A DNA stretch of 64,000 bases from a bacterium (GTDB lineage: Bacteria; Bdellovibrionota_C; UBA2361; RFPC01), in contig JAUIIO010000007.1 in assembly GCA_030431715.1 (NCBI GenBank), positions 33,756 to 97,755 on the forward strand, given 5' to 3'. The notes under the pieces were generated by a model that searched no databases, was not told the DNA's origin, and saw only the letters and a list, made by a program, of their open reading frames with translations. This document shows, in pieces, positions 1-9,699 of the stretch; position 1 is the first letter of the stretch; every line of letters starts with the position of its first letter. Both the position numbers and the translations under genes were made by a program.

Positions 1-272
1 GAAAGTTAGATCCTACCTGTCTGTGCTTAGGTAACACACTGAAAATAGGTAGATTTATCTTGTTGGCGACAGGTAAAAATACCCGCCATATCTAGTATCG
101 ACTTAAATGAAAAATGCATTACAAACTGGCGCGCTTTTTCGTGAAAAATTTAGTGCAGGTTGAGGAGGAATCTCTCTTGAAGTCTATGGTGTAGTACAGG
201 CAGAAGTTCTATTGCGACCCGTACTGTTTACTTAGAATTTCAGTTATATATAATCCGATTTTTAGCAGAAGT

Positions 273-800
273 ATGGCTATGATTACTCAAACAACCCAAC
301 CCCTTGCCAAGCAACGCGACCTGCGGGATGTCACAGTTCGTGAAACCTCTACAAATGGCTTTAGTAAAGTGCATTTTGGAAAGACTCCCGAGGAGTGTTT
401 CGAGGAGGAGCGTCAGGAGGGGATGCCGCGTGTTGCCTCTCATATGTACACACAGGATAGCGAACTCTTTAATATCTTCGCTGAGGCTAAAGATGATGAG
501 AGGCGTATTCGTATAGATCTTCAACACCCAGAGGACCGAGGGCTTCAGATCGCGATTCTGGTTGATGGAATTGGAACAGAGGAGCTCTCTGTCTCTGCGA
601 GTTCTTATTATCTAAGTAGTGATGATGAGTATAATTTATCACATCGATACGATGCTGGTATTCGATGCTACTCATCTGAAGACGCAGCCCGTGCAGTGGA
701 GGGACTGCTACTAAACTCAAATTCGCCTGCCATTAAGCAATACCATGAAGCTATGGTTCAGATTGTAGAGTATGAACTAGAGCATCTCGCTCAGTACTAG
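273..800 (+). CDS. hypothetical acidic protein (175 aa)
   Basis: Intact ORF with protein-like composition. No recognisable motif. Confidence 0.35.
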   Translation: MAMITQTTQPLAKQRDLRDVTVRETSTNGFSKVHFGKTPEECFEEERQEGMPRVASHMYTQDSELFNIFAEAKDDERRIRIDLQHPEDRGLQIAILVDGIGTEELSVSASSYYLSSDDEYNLSHRYDAGIRCYSSEDAARAVEGLLLNSNSPAIKQYHEAMVQIVEYELEHLAQY

Positions 801-825
801 GCAGTCATTATACGTAATAAATCAA

Positions 826-1122
826 TTACTCTGATGGCAGCTGGACAAGAACAAACGGCTGCACAATCGCACATTGAAATTCAAGCGTTGGATCAGAGTT
901 CCAGAGATCAACTTGATCGTCAGAGGGTTTTGATAATGAGCCATCTTCGATCCATGCAGATACGACTGAAGTGTTATCTGCGGCTATTTCATTAGCAACA
1001 GTACGAAGATCGTTCTCTGCTTTAACTAAAATGATCGCGTCTCTTTCAAGGTGTGGACGCAAGACATGCCATGTAACCGGAGCTATCTCAAGTTTTCTAT
1101 CAGAATTATCTGTTGTTGTCAT
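826..1122 (-). CDS. hypothetical protein (98 aa)
   Basis: Intact ORF. No motif recognised. Confidence 0.3.
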   Translation of the reverse strand: MTTTDNSDRKLEIAPVTWHVLRPHLERDAIILVKAENDLRTVANEIAADNTSVVSAWIEDGSLSKPSDDQVDLWNSDPTLEFQCAIVQPFVLVQLPSE

Positions 1123-1217
1123 GGAACTAACCTAACAGAAATATTTTCGACAATAAATGGGACGCTCCCCTTTTTTACGGGGTTTTATTCCTAGTGCGGC
1201 CAGATGAGCTAGTGAGC

Positions 1218-2591
1218 TTAAGCTTCACAGCCCGCGCCAAAGTTGTTTCTCCACACAGAGTAGTCGCTACTCTCGATCCTACCGTCACCGTTTCCATCGG
1301 CTCCAGAGCCTGCTGGACTTACGGTTTGTCCGTAACTTCCTCTCCATGTGCTGTAGTCTGAGCTGTCAACACATCCATCACCGTTGTAATCACCGGGAAT
1401 AGGATCTGGCTTACAACTTATGGCACTCAGGGGCTCATCGAGTAGCCATGAGTAGTAGGTCAGGGCTGGATAAATCTCAGGATCGTAGGTCAGGATTCTT
1501 TTGACGTCACCCTGACGAGTTACGCACTGTACAAGCCAGAATGTTGGATTGGATTGAATGGAGATAGGCTTGTAGAACGCTGCACCTCCGTATTTGAAAT
1601 CGGTATTACAGTATACATCAAGTTCTTCAGGAAGTGGGGTGTCATTGCCCGATGTCGCCGGGAGCACAATTGGTCCTCCGGCGCTGAAGTAATACGAAGA
1701 GGAATTACTTTCTTCACAACCTTTCAGAACAATTGCTCCAGTATTGTTTTCAGCTGAGTTGTGAAGCGCAAGATAGCTATCTTCGTAGTAAAAATTCTCG
1801 TCAAATTTCATCCAATCAATATCATCAGCTGCTGGATGAACACGTCTGCCAACGATATTTGCTAGTAGCGTTAATTCTACACCACTTGTGTTTCCAGTAA
1901 GGTATCGAGAAGGAATTTTCACGTAAAAAGGTACATAAAGAGTATCTCTAGTTGTACCTTGAAGATAAAGTCCTCTTTTAATAAATTCGAAACCAGCTGG
2001 AATGTCATCTTCCTGTCTTCCATTTGAATATCCTGCATCCGTTAGGTCGTATGCATTGGTATTTTCAGAAGGAAGCGTGCCGACTGTCATCTGCCCTGTA
2101 TTGAAACGTGCAGAGACTCCAATAGTTGAAAACTCACTACCAGCGCTTACCGACTGGTGGATCAATGTAGAGATGGAAAGAGTAAGATCTCTAAGCGCGG
2201 CGTAAGCTCCGTTTGTACTACTAAATGCGGTCTCGAAGCCGTAGTTTGCTGGCGAAGTCTGAAACTTTCCGTCTACGAGAGGAGATAAGTCAGCATCAGG
2301 AGCCATGTTACCACTCTCCTCAAGTACAATGTCCGAACCTAAAATTTTAACCCCCTCCTCAGTAACATCTACATATATGTGACCGGAGAGACCTACGATA
2401 TCGCTATCTGGGGTTTGTGCGTCAAAGTAGCCATTAAAATGGCTTAAGCTGAGAGCAGCTTGAAGTTGAGAAAGGTCTTCATCCACTTCAAATCGGTAGA
2501 TTTCCGCGAAAGCACTTTCTGTCAGCAGGAAACTAATAGTTAGTATGGTGGATACGAGTAGGGCACAATAAAATTTCATACGAACTCCCAA
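1218..2591 (-). CDS. signal-peptide protein with two C-terminal dockerin-like repeats
   Basis: N-terminal signal peptide MKFYCALLVSTILTISFLLTESAFA. C-terminal DYNGDGCVDSSDYSTWRGSYG and GNGDGRIESSDYSVWRNNFG match the dockerin type I / DGxVDxxDYxxWRxNFG calcium-binding pattern. Confidence 0.6.
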   Translation of the reverse strand: MGVRMKFYCALLVSTILTISFLLTESAFAEIYRFEVDEDLSQLQAALSLSHFNGYFDAQTPDSDIVGLSGHIYVDVTEEGVKILGSDIVLEESGNMAPDADLSPLVDGKFQTSPANYGFETAFSSTNGAYAALRDLTLSISTLIHQSVSAGSEFSTIGVSARFNTGQMTVGTLPSENTNAYDLTDAGYSNGRQEDDIPAGFEFIKRGLYLQGTTRDTLYVPFYVKIPSRYLTGNTSGVELTLLANIVGRRVHPAADDIDWMKFDENFYYEDSYLALHNSAENNTGAIVLKGCEESNSSSYYFSAGGPIVLPATSGNDTPLPEELDVYCNTDFKYGGAAFYKPISIQSNPTFWLVQCVTRQGDVKRILTYDPEIYPALTYYSWLLDEPLSAISCKPDPIPGDYNGDGCVDSSDYSTWRGSYGQTVSPAGSGADGNGDGRIESSDYSVWRNNFGAGCEA

Positions 2592-3050
2592 TCATTTCTG
2601 AGCTGTCGTAATGCAAGATATGTACCTAGCTGAGAAACCTTCCCTGTGGCGTATGTACCTGAATGGCTCATTTGCTTGTCATGTCTCATAGTTGGAACCC
2701 GGGGCAGGACTGGTCCCGGTCGAAACTGGAAGAGAAAAGGGAGTGCTCGTATCCTAGGTTAGTATCAGCACTTCCGTAAAGATGCTGTGAGTAGTATGAA
2801 AAATGGAACTCTTGTTGAGCTATCCGGTCTTGGGCATATGCCACCGTTTGAAAATTACGAAAAATTCTCGGAGGTTTTTACCCAAAGTAAAAATGGTTTT
2901 GGGTCCTGTACGAGTTCCTTACGGCCTTGTCTCCTCTTTCTCTACGAAATTTTTTGAGTACCTACATCTTACATTGCTTTTATCGAGCCTCGTTTTCATG
3001 GAGCGTTTTTTGCATCTACATCAGTAGAGAAATATTATTGAGGAGGCAGT

Positions 3051-4298
3051 ATGAGAAGTTTCAGCAGAAAACTTGCCCTATTACTTACGTCACTTTTGTT
3101 TTTACCACTTGCAGTGAGCGCGCAAAACACAGACACGTACTACTGTGACGCGAATGTTTCAGGTTATCAAACCACAGATCAGTTGCAGGTCATAATTGAT
3201 CGAGCGCTTGATAGTAATAATGACAATGTTAAAACCATTTGTTTCGCTCAGGGGACAAATATCACTTTTGGCACAAATCAGCTTGTCTTAAAGGGAAGCG
3301 TAGAATTGGTTGGGCCAGAAGGAACGTATGTCTACTTTGGAAATACGAACACCGAGTATAAGTCACTTATTAAAGTTGATAAGGGAGGAGTACTCTCAGT
3401 CAGGAACCTGTTGCTCTTTACCATGAAAAAGAGCAGTAGCCTCATCCAAGTTACTGAAGGTGCAAAACTCAAAGAGGTTACTCGTACGATATTTTACCTG
3501 ATGGGGAGCTTTTCTACAGGAATTATTGCGGAACAGCCCGATGATAGTAAATACACTACGGACATCGAGAGTATCAATGAGAGTTACTTCTATCTCTATA
3601 GCGGGATATATTCACAAGAAGCTTATGAACCCCGGGCTTCAGCGATTAGTTTGCGTAATGCGAATGTAGACGAGATCCGTAATGTTCAATACTACTCTAC
3701 TCAAAACTTTGACAAGCTTATCAATGCACGTAGTTCGGTTATTAATTCTATCACAGATTTAAATGTTATCGGCAATCGTGCTGAAGTGAATCTCTATAAA
3801 GAGAGTACTATTTTTAGAATAGAGGATGTTACTGGTAATATATATGGAAAGTATGGAAAGTTTTTATTTCTAAAGGATACTTCTAAGCTGGGTAGCTTGA
3901 GGAATGTGAATGTAACGTTAAGAGGCGACTATACGGGACTTATTACAGTATTTGATCAAGCAAGGATCGATCTTGTTGAAAACCTTGATATCGATGCCAT
4001 GAAAGAGACAACATATGGTGATGCACTCTACCTTTACGGCGGTGGTTCCGTTGGAACAATTAATAATGTAACCTATAAAGGAACCATGAGGTTTGCCTAT
4101 ATTGTAAAAGGTGGACACATCGGACAGTTCGGAAATTTCCATCTTGAGCTTGATGGAAGCGGAGATCTGATACGTTTTATAAACGAAGAGTCTTCGATTG
4201 ATTTGCTCTACAATGGAGTACTCCTTGCACTGCATGGTGCCACTATCAATGGTCGCGACCAAGTGAAGAAAGAGGTGAAAGTCTCTCACGAGCTCTAG
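3051..4298 (+). CDS. signal-peptide hypothetical protein (415 aa), possibly beta-helical
   Basis: Signal peptide MRSFSRKLALLLTSLLFLPLAVSAQN. Repetitive N/G/T-rich beta-strand-like segments. Followed by a strong intrinsic terminator. Confidence 0.5.
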   Translation: MRSFSRKLALLLTSLLFLPLAVSAQNTDTYYCDANVSGYQTTDQLQVIIDRALDSNNDNVKTICFAQGTNITFGTNQLVLKGSVELVGPEGTYVYFGNTNTEYKSLIKVDKGGVLSVRNLLLFTMKKSSSLIQVTEGAKLKEVTRTIFYLMGSFSTGIIAEQPDDSKYTTDIESINESYFYLYSGIYSQEAYEPRASAISLRNANVDEIRNVQYYSTQNFDKLINARSSVINSITDLNVIGNRAEVNLYKESTIFRIEDVTGNIYGKYGKFLFLKDTSKLGSLRNVNVTLRGDYTGLITVFDQARIDLVENLDIDAMKETTYGDALYLYGGGSVGTINNVTYKGTMRFAYIVKGGHIGQFGNFHLELDGSGDLIRFINEESSIDLLYNGVLLALHGATINGRDQVKKEVKVSHEL

Positions 4299-4316
4299 TG
4301 TAGTGCCTGACTTATT

Positions 4317-4363
4317 AATGGGGACGCTGTGTATTAAATGTAATCGCAGCGTCCCCATTTTTG
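4317..4363 (+). terminator. rho-independent terminator downstream of the 3051..4298 CDS
   Basis: Perfect 12-bp stem ATGGGGACGCTG...CAGCGTCCCCAT immediately followed by TTTTTGT. Confidence 0.65.
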
Positions 4364-4478
4364 TAATATGCTGAAAGTATTTGGGAATTTTGGTGAAAAA
4401 GGGGATCGTCCCTTTTGTTTGGACTGGGGTGGGGTGGCGCGGTATATTCTTGGTATGTGGATGTGTTTTGTTCTTTGA

Positions 4479-4484
4479 AGGAGG
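4479..4484 (+). promoter_or_regulatory. Shine-Dalgarno AGGAGG, 5 nt upstream of the ATG at 4489
   Basis: Sequence gaAGGAGGggctATG. The same AAGGAGGGGCTA context precedes the pirin start at 12250. Confidence 0.5.
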
Positions 4485-4488
4485 GGCT

Positions 4489-5016
4489 ATGGCGGCGGAT
4501 AGAGTAGAGTGTGGTGCTTGTGGTGGAATGCAGGTTGGACCGGAGGTAAAGCCGCCCGAGAGTTTTGAGGCTCTTTCTTCTACTCCTCTGACTCCTCTTG
4601 CACATTCTTTAAATGTTTACGATGAGTTTGAATTAACTCCAGATAAGATCGCTACACTTCAACGAAAAGATCCCGGTGTCGGGGTTGTCCTTGGTGAAGA
4701 TGGACAGTGGAGTAGGGAAGATGGTGCTCCAGTTGAGTTTAAAAGTGGGGATATTATTTTCTGTGTCGCTAGTCCTGATAAGGAGATGGTCGCAACTCTT
4801 TATCATTCTCTTTCTCGAGCCGCTACTGAATATGCTCGGAGCCTGACTCTCGTTGATGAAGCTGTTTGTCGCTACTCTCCTTCTGAAGAAGCAAACTCTC
4901 CTCTACTTTGTGTATCTCATGATATGTTTTCAGTAGGATTTCGTCCTGATCGGATGTCGTCTGATGATCTGCGTTGCTTGCTCGCTGAGTGTCCTTTTGT
5001 GATGCACTCATCATAG
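4489..5016 (+). CDS. hypothetical protein (176 aa from the SD-preceded ATG)
   Basis: The track ORF 4381..5016 is in the same frame. The ATG at 4489 has a canonical AGGAGG ribosome-binding site, so it is the more likely start. Confidence 0.4.
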   Translation: MAADRVECGACGGMQVGPEVKPPESFEALSSTPLTPLAHSLNVYDEFELTPDKIATLQRKDPGVGVVLGEDGQWSREDGAPVEFKSGDIIFCVASPDKEMVATLYHSLSRAATEYARSLTLVDEAVCRYSPSEEANSPLLCVSHDMFSVGFRPDRMSSDDLRCLLAECPFVMHSS

Positions 5017-5053
5017 CGGCTCCCCGCTTTATCTTCTGCTGTGAAGAGCGCGG

Positions 5054-6787
5054 CTAGACACGCTTCCCTGATCTTACTTCGTCAGCTTGCAGGTACCTGA
5101 TCTTTGTTATGCTCGTTGTGGGGTCATGAAAAAGACCGACTCGAGGAATGTTCAGAAGGCTACTTGCCGCATAGTGGGCATCTGAGTCTTGGAAAGTTCC
5201 TTGGAGGTCAACAAGAAGCTGATCCTCAATGAGAACGCCGTTGTCGCGTAATGCGATGGTAAAGGTGCTGCCAAAGAAAGGATCTTCTCTATTGAGATCT
5301 CTAAGCGCGGTTACTATTGAATGAGCGGTCTTTACGTTTAGCTCGTGGTCTATCGGCCAGTAGTTAAAGCAGCTCTCATCTAGATTCCACGCGGCTTCTG
5401 TTACAGGGCGTCCACTATCTTGATCGTAAATCTTAAATGCAGGGACTACAACTGCGAGAGTGTTTCCTGTTTGCATGGATTGGTAGCCAACTGAGATGAT
5501 CCCTGTTCGCAAGCGCCCAGACTTTATGTTCTGTTCGGAGCAGGCCTGATTTGCAATGTCGTTCATGCTTTCTAGTGTGTGTTCAAGGAACTGTAGGCGA
5601 TCGATGTTATAGAGATCGGATAGTGTTTGATAAGGTTCGGAGTAAGCGCAGACGTAATCGACATTATGGTCGGCTCTTAAGCGTGAAACTTGATTTCTAA
5701 CGTTATTACTTCTCAGTCCTTCTTCGTCAGTTTCAAAATGGAGTGCGGAGGCTGAGGGTACCCAGTGGTCTTCCTCGGTACTGAGGATGTTGTATTCCCC
5801 TCCATGATCAACGATATTTGTAAGTATCTGATACTTGTTTGAAACTACATCTCTTGGCTCAGATGACATCGTAATTCGAGCATTTTGTCCCAATTCAAAT
5901 GCTTCGATGTCGATATCGTGATCCGCGTTTGGTTCTTGAGAGTGTATAAAGATCTCATTTGCCTCAGGAATATCCGCTACCCATGAATCCAGACCTGATA
6001 ATATTTCTCTTACGCGTTGCCTTCCAATGTCAGTCTCGAGCAGATCGCTCAGGAGCATTATTCTATACGGCGTAGTGCGTTCCGGGATTTCTCGCTGAAG
6101 GAGAGTGTAGTTCGTCCCAGGAGTAGTAAATACGTTTCTCTCTCTGCGGCGGAGCTTTTCTCTACTTGATGTGGTCGTGTCGACGCCTTCAAAATCCACG
6201 CGTAAAATCGCTCTTATAACTAGCGTGTCTGGTTCGTCTGCTAAAATCTCTGCGGACCCTCCGTAGGGGCTGAGGAAGGCATGCAGTCGATTTACGGAGA
6301 CATTAATTCCATCAGGTTCGCTAAGAACTGACTCCTTCAGTTCTTCAGGAACACAGGCACGTACAGAAAGCTCACCTGTAGCCTCAAGCTGTATAGTGAG
6401 TTCATCGAGAGAGCTTGAGAATAAGGATAAAATTTCAGCAGAACGCGAATCAGCGAAAGATCTGTCTCCGATTCGTCCAAAGAGATCGTCGTCACGACCA
6501 AATACGCTTGCCATTTTTTCTTCTACATTACTTGTAAGTTCCTTACAGCTATGGAGCAAATTTCCAATTGCCAGCGTTAAGTCAGTCTCCGGAATGTGCG
6601 CTCGTGGGCTTCTTGTTTCAGGGAGTTCCATTTTATGAAACTGACTCTGATAAAGCCTAGCGAGCGTAGTATTCAGATCGGTGCACAAGGCATCTGAATG
6701 CTTAGAAAGATTAGCAAAGTAGTCTCTTAAGCTATCGTCGTTTTGAAGGAGTGAATTTCGAAGCTGATTCGTATGTGTGCATTTCAT
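5054..6787 (-). CDS. large hypothetical protein (about 578 aa; start uncertain)
   Basis: Long intact ORF (track 5054..6949). Its first ~55 codons overlap the upstream 203-aa ORF in another frame and look non-protein-like, so an internal Met at 6787 or 6631 is the likelier start. No known domain recognised. Confidence 0.4.
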   Translation of the reverse strand: MKCTHTNQLRNSLLQNDDSLRDYFANLSKHSDALCTDLNTTLARLYQSQFHKMELPETRSPRAHIPETDLTLAIGNLLHSCKELTSNVEEKMASVFGRDDDLFGRIGDRSFADSRSAEILSLFSSSLDELTIQLEATGELSVRACVPEELKESVLSEPDGINVSVNRLHAFLSPYGGSAEILADEPDTLVIRAILRVDFEGVDTTTSSREKLRRRERNVFTTPGTNYTLLQREIPERTTPYRIMLLSDLLETDIGRQRVREILSGLDSWVADIPEANEIFIHSQEPNADHDIDIEAFELGQNARITMSSEPRDVVSNKYQILTNIVDHGGEYNILSTEEDHWVPSASALHFETDEEGLRSNNVRNQVSRLRADHNVDYVCAYSEPYQTLSDLYNIDRLQFLEHTLESMNDIANQACSEQNIKSGRLRTGIISVGYQSMQTGNTLAVVVPAFKIYDQDSGRPVTEAAWNLDESCFNYWPIDHELNVKTAHSIVTALRDLNREDPFFGSTFTIALRDNGVLIEDQLLVDLQGTFQDSDAHYAASSLLNIPRVGLFHDPTTSITKIRYLQADEVRSGKRV

Positions 6788-7343
6788 CACGTAACACCGT
6801 CTCTGGGGATTTAGCGTCTTTACTGAGCTCATCAAGCACTTTCCGCGCTGGAAGCGCCCCTTTGCCGGCGGATGCGTATACCGATTCGAGCTGAGATTGT
6901 AAGAGTTGTTCTGCGAGAACTTCAACGGCGTTGCATACTTGCAAATCATGATCGTGAGAATCGCAGGTAAATTCGTATAAGGAATGAAGGAGAGGAATGA
7001 GCTCTTTCTCTACTATAGAAGCTGTCTCAGCCTCTGATTCAGCATGCTGTAACTTCTCACGAATGCGATCCCCTTGTTGAAGTATTTGTCGGTATCCTGC
7101 TCTTAGCTCTTTTTCTTTTTGAAGAAGCTCTGGAGAGTTTGCAGCCTCTTGCCACAACTGATCCGCGGTATATCTCGTGCCGAATTGGTTGAGGGCAAGA
7201 AGCTGGTGTGTAATGTCTTGCTCGCCTGTTGATGTAAATCTCCTAGCAAGTTCGAGATGCAACGCCTGCTTTGAAATCTCAAGCGATCTTGATTTCTCCT
7301 GAGCTTCAGGTCTGTTCGCTGAGTGTTGAGTTGATGGTTGCAT
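6732..7343 (-). CDS. hypothetical coiled-coil protein (203 aa)
   Basis: Intact ORF with helical, E/Q/L-rich composition. Directly upstream of the 5054..6787 gene in the same orientation. Confidence 0.35.
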   Translation of the reverse strand: MQPSTQHSANRPEAQEKSRSLEISKQALHLELARRFTSTGEQDITHQLLALNQFGTRYTADQLWQEAANSPELLQKEKELRAGYRQILQQGDRIREKLQHAESEAETASIVEKELIPLLHSLYEFTCDSHDHDLQVCNAVEVLAEQLLQSQLESVYASAGKGALPARKVLDELSKDAKSPETVLRDEMHTYESASKFTPSKRR

Positions 7344-7457
7344 GCTACTCCTCTATGCCGTGATGATATAAAAGACCACAGGAGTCTAACAGTGTTATGA
7401 AAGCGAATCAAACTTGATAATTGCCTGATTTTATTGATATGAGCTGAGCATTCCTAT

Positions 7458-7880
7458 TCAGGATGCTTGAGAGTGTTCACAGATATAGCTGTCCGCTGGG
7501 CGGTGTCTTACGTAGTGGTTTACAGGTCTCTTTCTTGGAACATATCTCCTACTTTGAGCAATTGGTTGTGCTGGTGCGGGTGAAAGTCTCCTTCTTATTT
7601 GATGACGAAAAATAAGACAGAGGGTAACCGTTAGGCATATGCAGTTTGCTAGCGTAGAGTAAAAAAGCATACTTGCTACGCCGTGAATCATGTTCTGAAC
7701 AAGTGCATAAATGAAACTAAGAAGACCAGAGATTGACCAGATGACCCACGCCGAAACTGAAATTTCGACAGAAGAGGTCTGTAAGAGTGCTATCCAGTGC
7801 GGAATATAAGCACACAAAGATAGGATAATAGTTACTGTCTGACAGACATCGCCAAGTATGAGCACATGGTGTAGCTCCAT
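7458..7880 (-). CDS. small multi-pass membrane protein, possibly PQ-loop/SemiSWEET-like
   Basis: Three predicted transmembrane helices. YIPHWIALLQTSSVEISVSAWVIWSISG resembles the PQ-loop signature. Basic C-terminal tail. Confidence 0.35.
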   Translation of the reverse strand: MELHHVLILGDVCQTVTIILSLCAYIPHWIALLQTSSVEISVSAWVIWSISGLLSFIYALVQNMIHGVASMLFYSTLANCICLTVTLCLIFRHQIRRRLSPAPAQPIAQSRRYVPRKRPVNHYVRHRPADSYICEHSQAS

Positions 7881-7980
7881 AAAACCTCCTTAACTCTAAC
7901 TTTAAAAAGAACACTTTCTCTTGCCATCCATTTTACTGGATTCACAGTGCTAAGATAGAAATTGGAATAGAGATTCAGAG

Positions 7981-9231
7981 CTATTGACTAGAGCTTCCGG
8001 GTCTCAGTCTTCTTTGAATAGGGGAAGTACGCTGAGGTTTGGTTGTTTGTGAGTTTCCTGTTTTGTGCTGGTAGAGCGCTTCCATAGTCTCAGTGGAGAA
8101 GGTATTATTTTTGACCTTTCCGTCTGGAGCGAGGGCAAGAAGCGATTCTGCAAAGACTTGTTTTTCTTTGTTACTCATCCTTCCACTTACTCTATCAAGC
8201 AAACCATTTACTTGATCGCGAGGATTAAGGAATTCTTTTACAATTTTATCGTAGGTCTGCTGTGAGTACTCAGAAACTTCTATTGAGGAAACAAGATGCA
8301 CGGCTTGGGCTTGTGGGCTAAGATTTCTAACACGAGCAACCTCAAAAAGTGCGATATCATCGAGATAATTCCCTTGAGTTCGATCGTCTTGTATAGAATG
8401 TTGATCGAGTGGGCTCTGAAATCCTCTTGGCTTTGCAATTATGGTTTCGCTGACCGTAATTTCTTGTCCCGTGAAGAATGCTTTCCCGCGTTCTACGGCA
8501 GTAAACATCTGTCCGAGAAGTGCTACGGGATCGCCGGGATGTTGAAAGTTAACACTTTTAATTGGTGCATTGGTTACATTGTAAGGACTTCCTAGTCGTT
8601 GCACTTCAAATCTTTCTTCAAAGAAATGATCAAGTTTTTGTTGGAATAGCTCTTGTTGCTCAGGTTGGAGGGAATCTCTATAGGCGAGAAGTTCATGCTC
8701 AAACACTTCTAAGGATCTTTTAAGGATTAAGTTCCCCTGGCTGTATCCGCAGACCCATGTTTTGCTCTCTTCGTTTTCCAGTTCGGTAAAGAGCATTTCC
8801 ACCCCGAGGCCTCCTGCTTCTTGCTCTACGTTAAACTCAGGGCCATCTGTGAATGCAGCAATCACACCGTGCGCGAGTCCCTTCATAAAACTTTCTTCTT
8901 TGTTATTGGGGATAACAATGACTTCTCTTCCTTTAGCATTGGCGAGTTCACAGGCTGTTACATAAATCTTTTCTTGCTCCATCTGCATGCCGTTTATGAA
9001 ATAGACTTTTTCATTTGCCGGAGCGTTAACAGCACGAACGCCGTCATCAGGTTGTACAGAGTACATTTGATGTGGATCGAGAGGATAGGGAAGGTCTTTA
9101 GGCAGCGTGTTTTGGATAGCAGAGTTTTCAAGTGCTGAGCTAAGAGCCGAGGAAGGCGCTAGAGCTTGCTCTCTTAAGTCTTCTCCCCTTAGAGAAGCGC
9201 TCATGTTCTCAAAAACATCAGGATTCGCCAT
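7981..9231 (-). CDS. hypothetical protein with GxSxG serine-hydrolase-like motif (416 aa)
   Basis: VCGYSQGN nucleophile-elbow motif lies after a beta-strand-like VYFINGM segment. No signal peptide. Otherwise unrecognised. Confidence 0.4.
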   Translation of the reverse strand: MANPDVFENMSASLRGEDLREQALAPSSALSSALENSAIQNTLPKDLPYPLDPHQMYSVQPDDGVRAVNAPANEKVYFINGMQMEQEKIYVTACELANAKGREVIVIPNNKEESFMKGLAHGVIAAFTDGPEFNVEQEAGGLGVEMLFTELENEESKTWVCGYSQGNLILKRSLEVFEHELLAYRDSLQPEQQELFQQKLDHFFEERFEVQRLGSPYNVTNAPIKSVNFQHPGDPVALLGQMFTAVERGKAFFTGQEITVSETIIAKPRGFQSPLDQHSIQDDRTQGNYLDDIALFEVARVRNLSPQAQAVHLVSSIEVSEYSQQTYDKIVKEFLNPRDQVNGLLDRVSGRMSNKEKQVFAESLLALAPDGKVKNNTFSTETMEALYQHKTGNSQTTKPQRTSPIQRRLRPGSSSQ

Positions 9232-9382
9232 AGTAAACCAGTATAAAATAACCTGCAGTGGTGTTATGCCGTACTACCGGCTCCTCGATACTTTACAGTG
9301 AGTACGAGAAATTCTTAGTGCCATAGAGTCCTGTGCATATTCTTGCGTATCCACAGGGGAGAAAACAGGCTAGGCTTTTTAT

Positions 9383-9694
9383 GTGAAGAAGAGACAAAAA
9401 TACTTACTTATGTTTTGCATTGCTATGGCTGGTGGTTGGCTTCTGACAGAGCTGGTCTCTATCTATAAGAGCCCTGATAGTGGACTTTTTAGAGAACGAA
9501 ACTGCAGTAACTTTGTGCTTCATGTCGCGGCTATCATGAAGAAATACGATAGTCCGCACCCTATTAACCGTACTGGCAGTTTAGAGGAGCTCCGTAGACT
9601 CTGCTCTTCCCCTCCACTTACGAAAGAGCAAATTGATTGCAGTATGAAATCAGACGATCTTGATGAGATTCAGCATTGTATACGTAGGCGGTGA
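9383..9694 (+). CDS. small Cys-containing protein with N-terminal signal/anchor (103 aa)
   Basis: N-terminal hydrophobic segment LLMFCIAMAGGWLLTELVSI. Confidence 0.35.
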   Translation: MKKRQKYLLMFCIAMAGGWLLTELVSIYKSPDSGLFRERNCSNFVLHVAAIMKKYDSPHPINRTGSLEELRRLCSSPPLTKEQIDCSMKSDDLDEIQHCIRRR

Positions 9695-9699
9695 TGAGA

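Noticed and set aside
4315-4605. 96-aa minus-strand ORF downstream of the 3051..4298 gene
   Set aside because: It begins inside the perfect stem-loop terminator at 4317-4363 and overlaps the 5' region of the plus-strand 4489..5016 ORF. Its composition is low-complexity. Treated as spurious.
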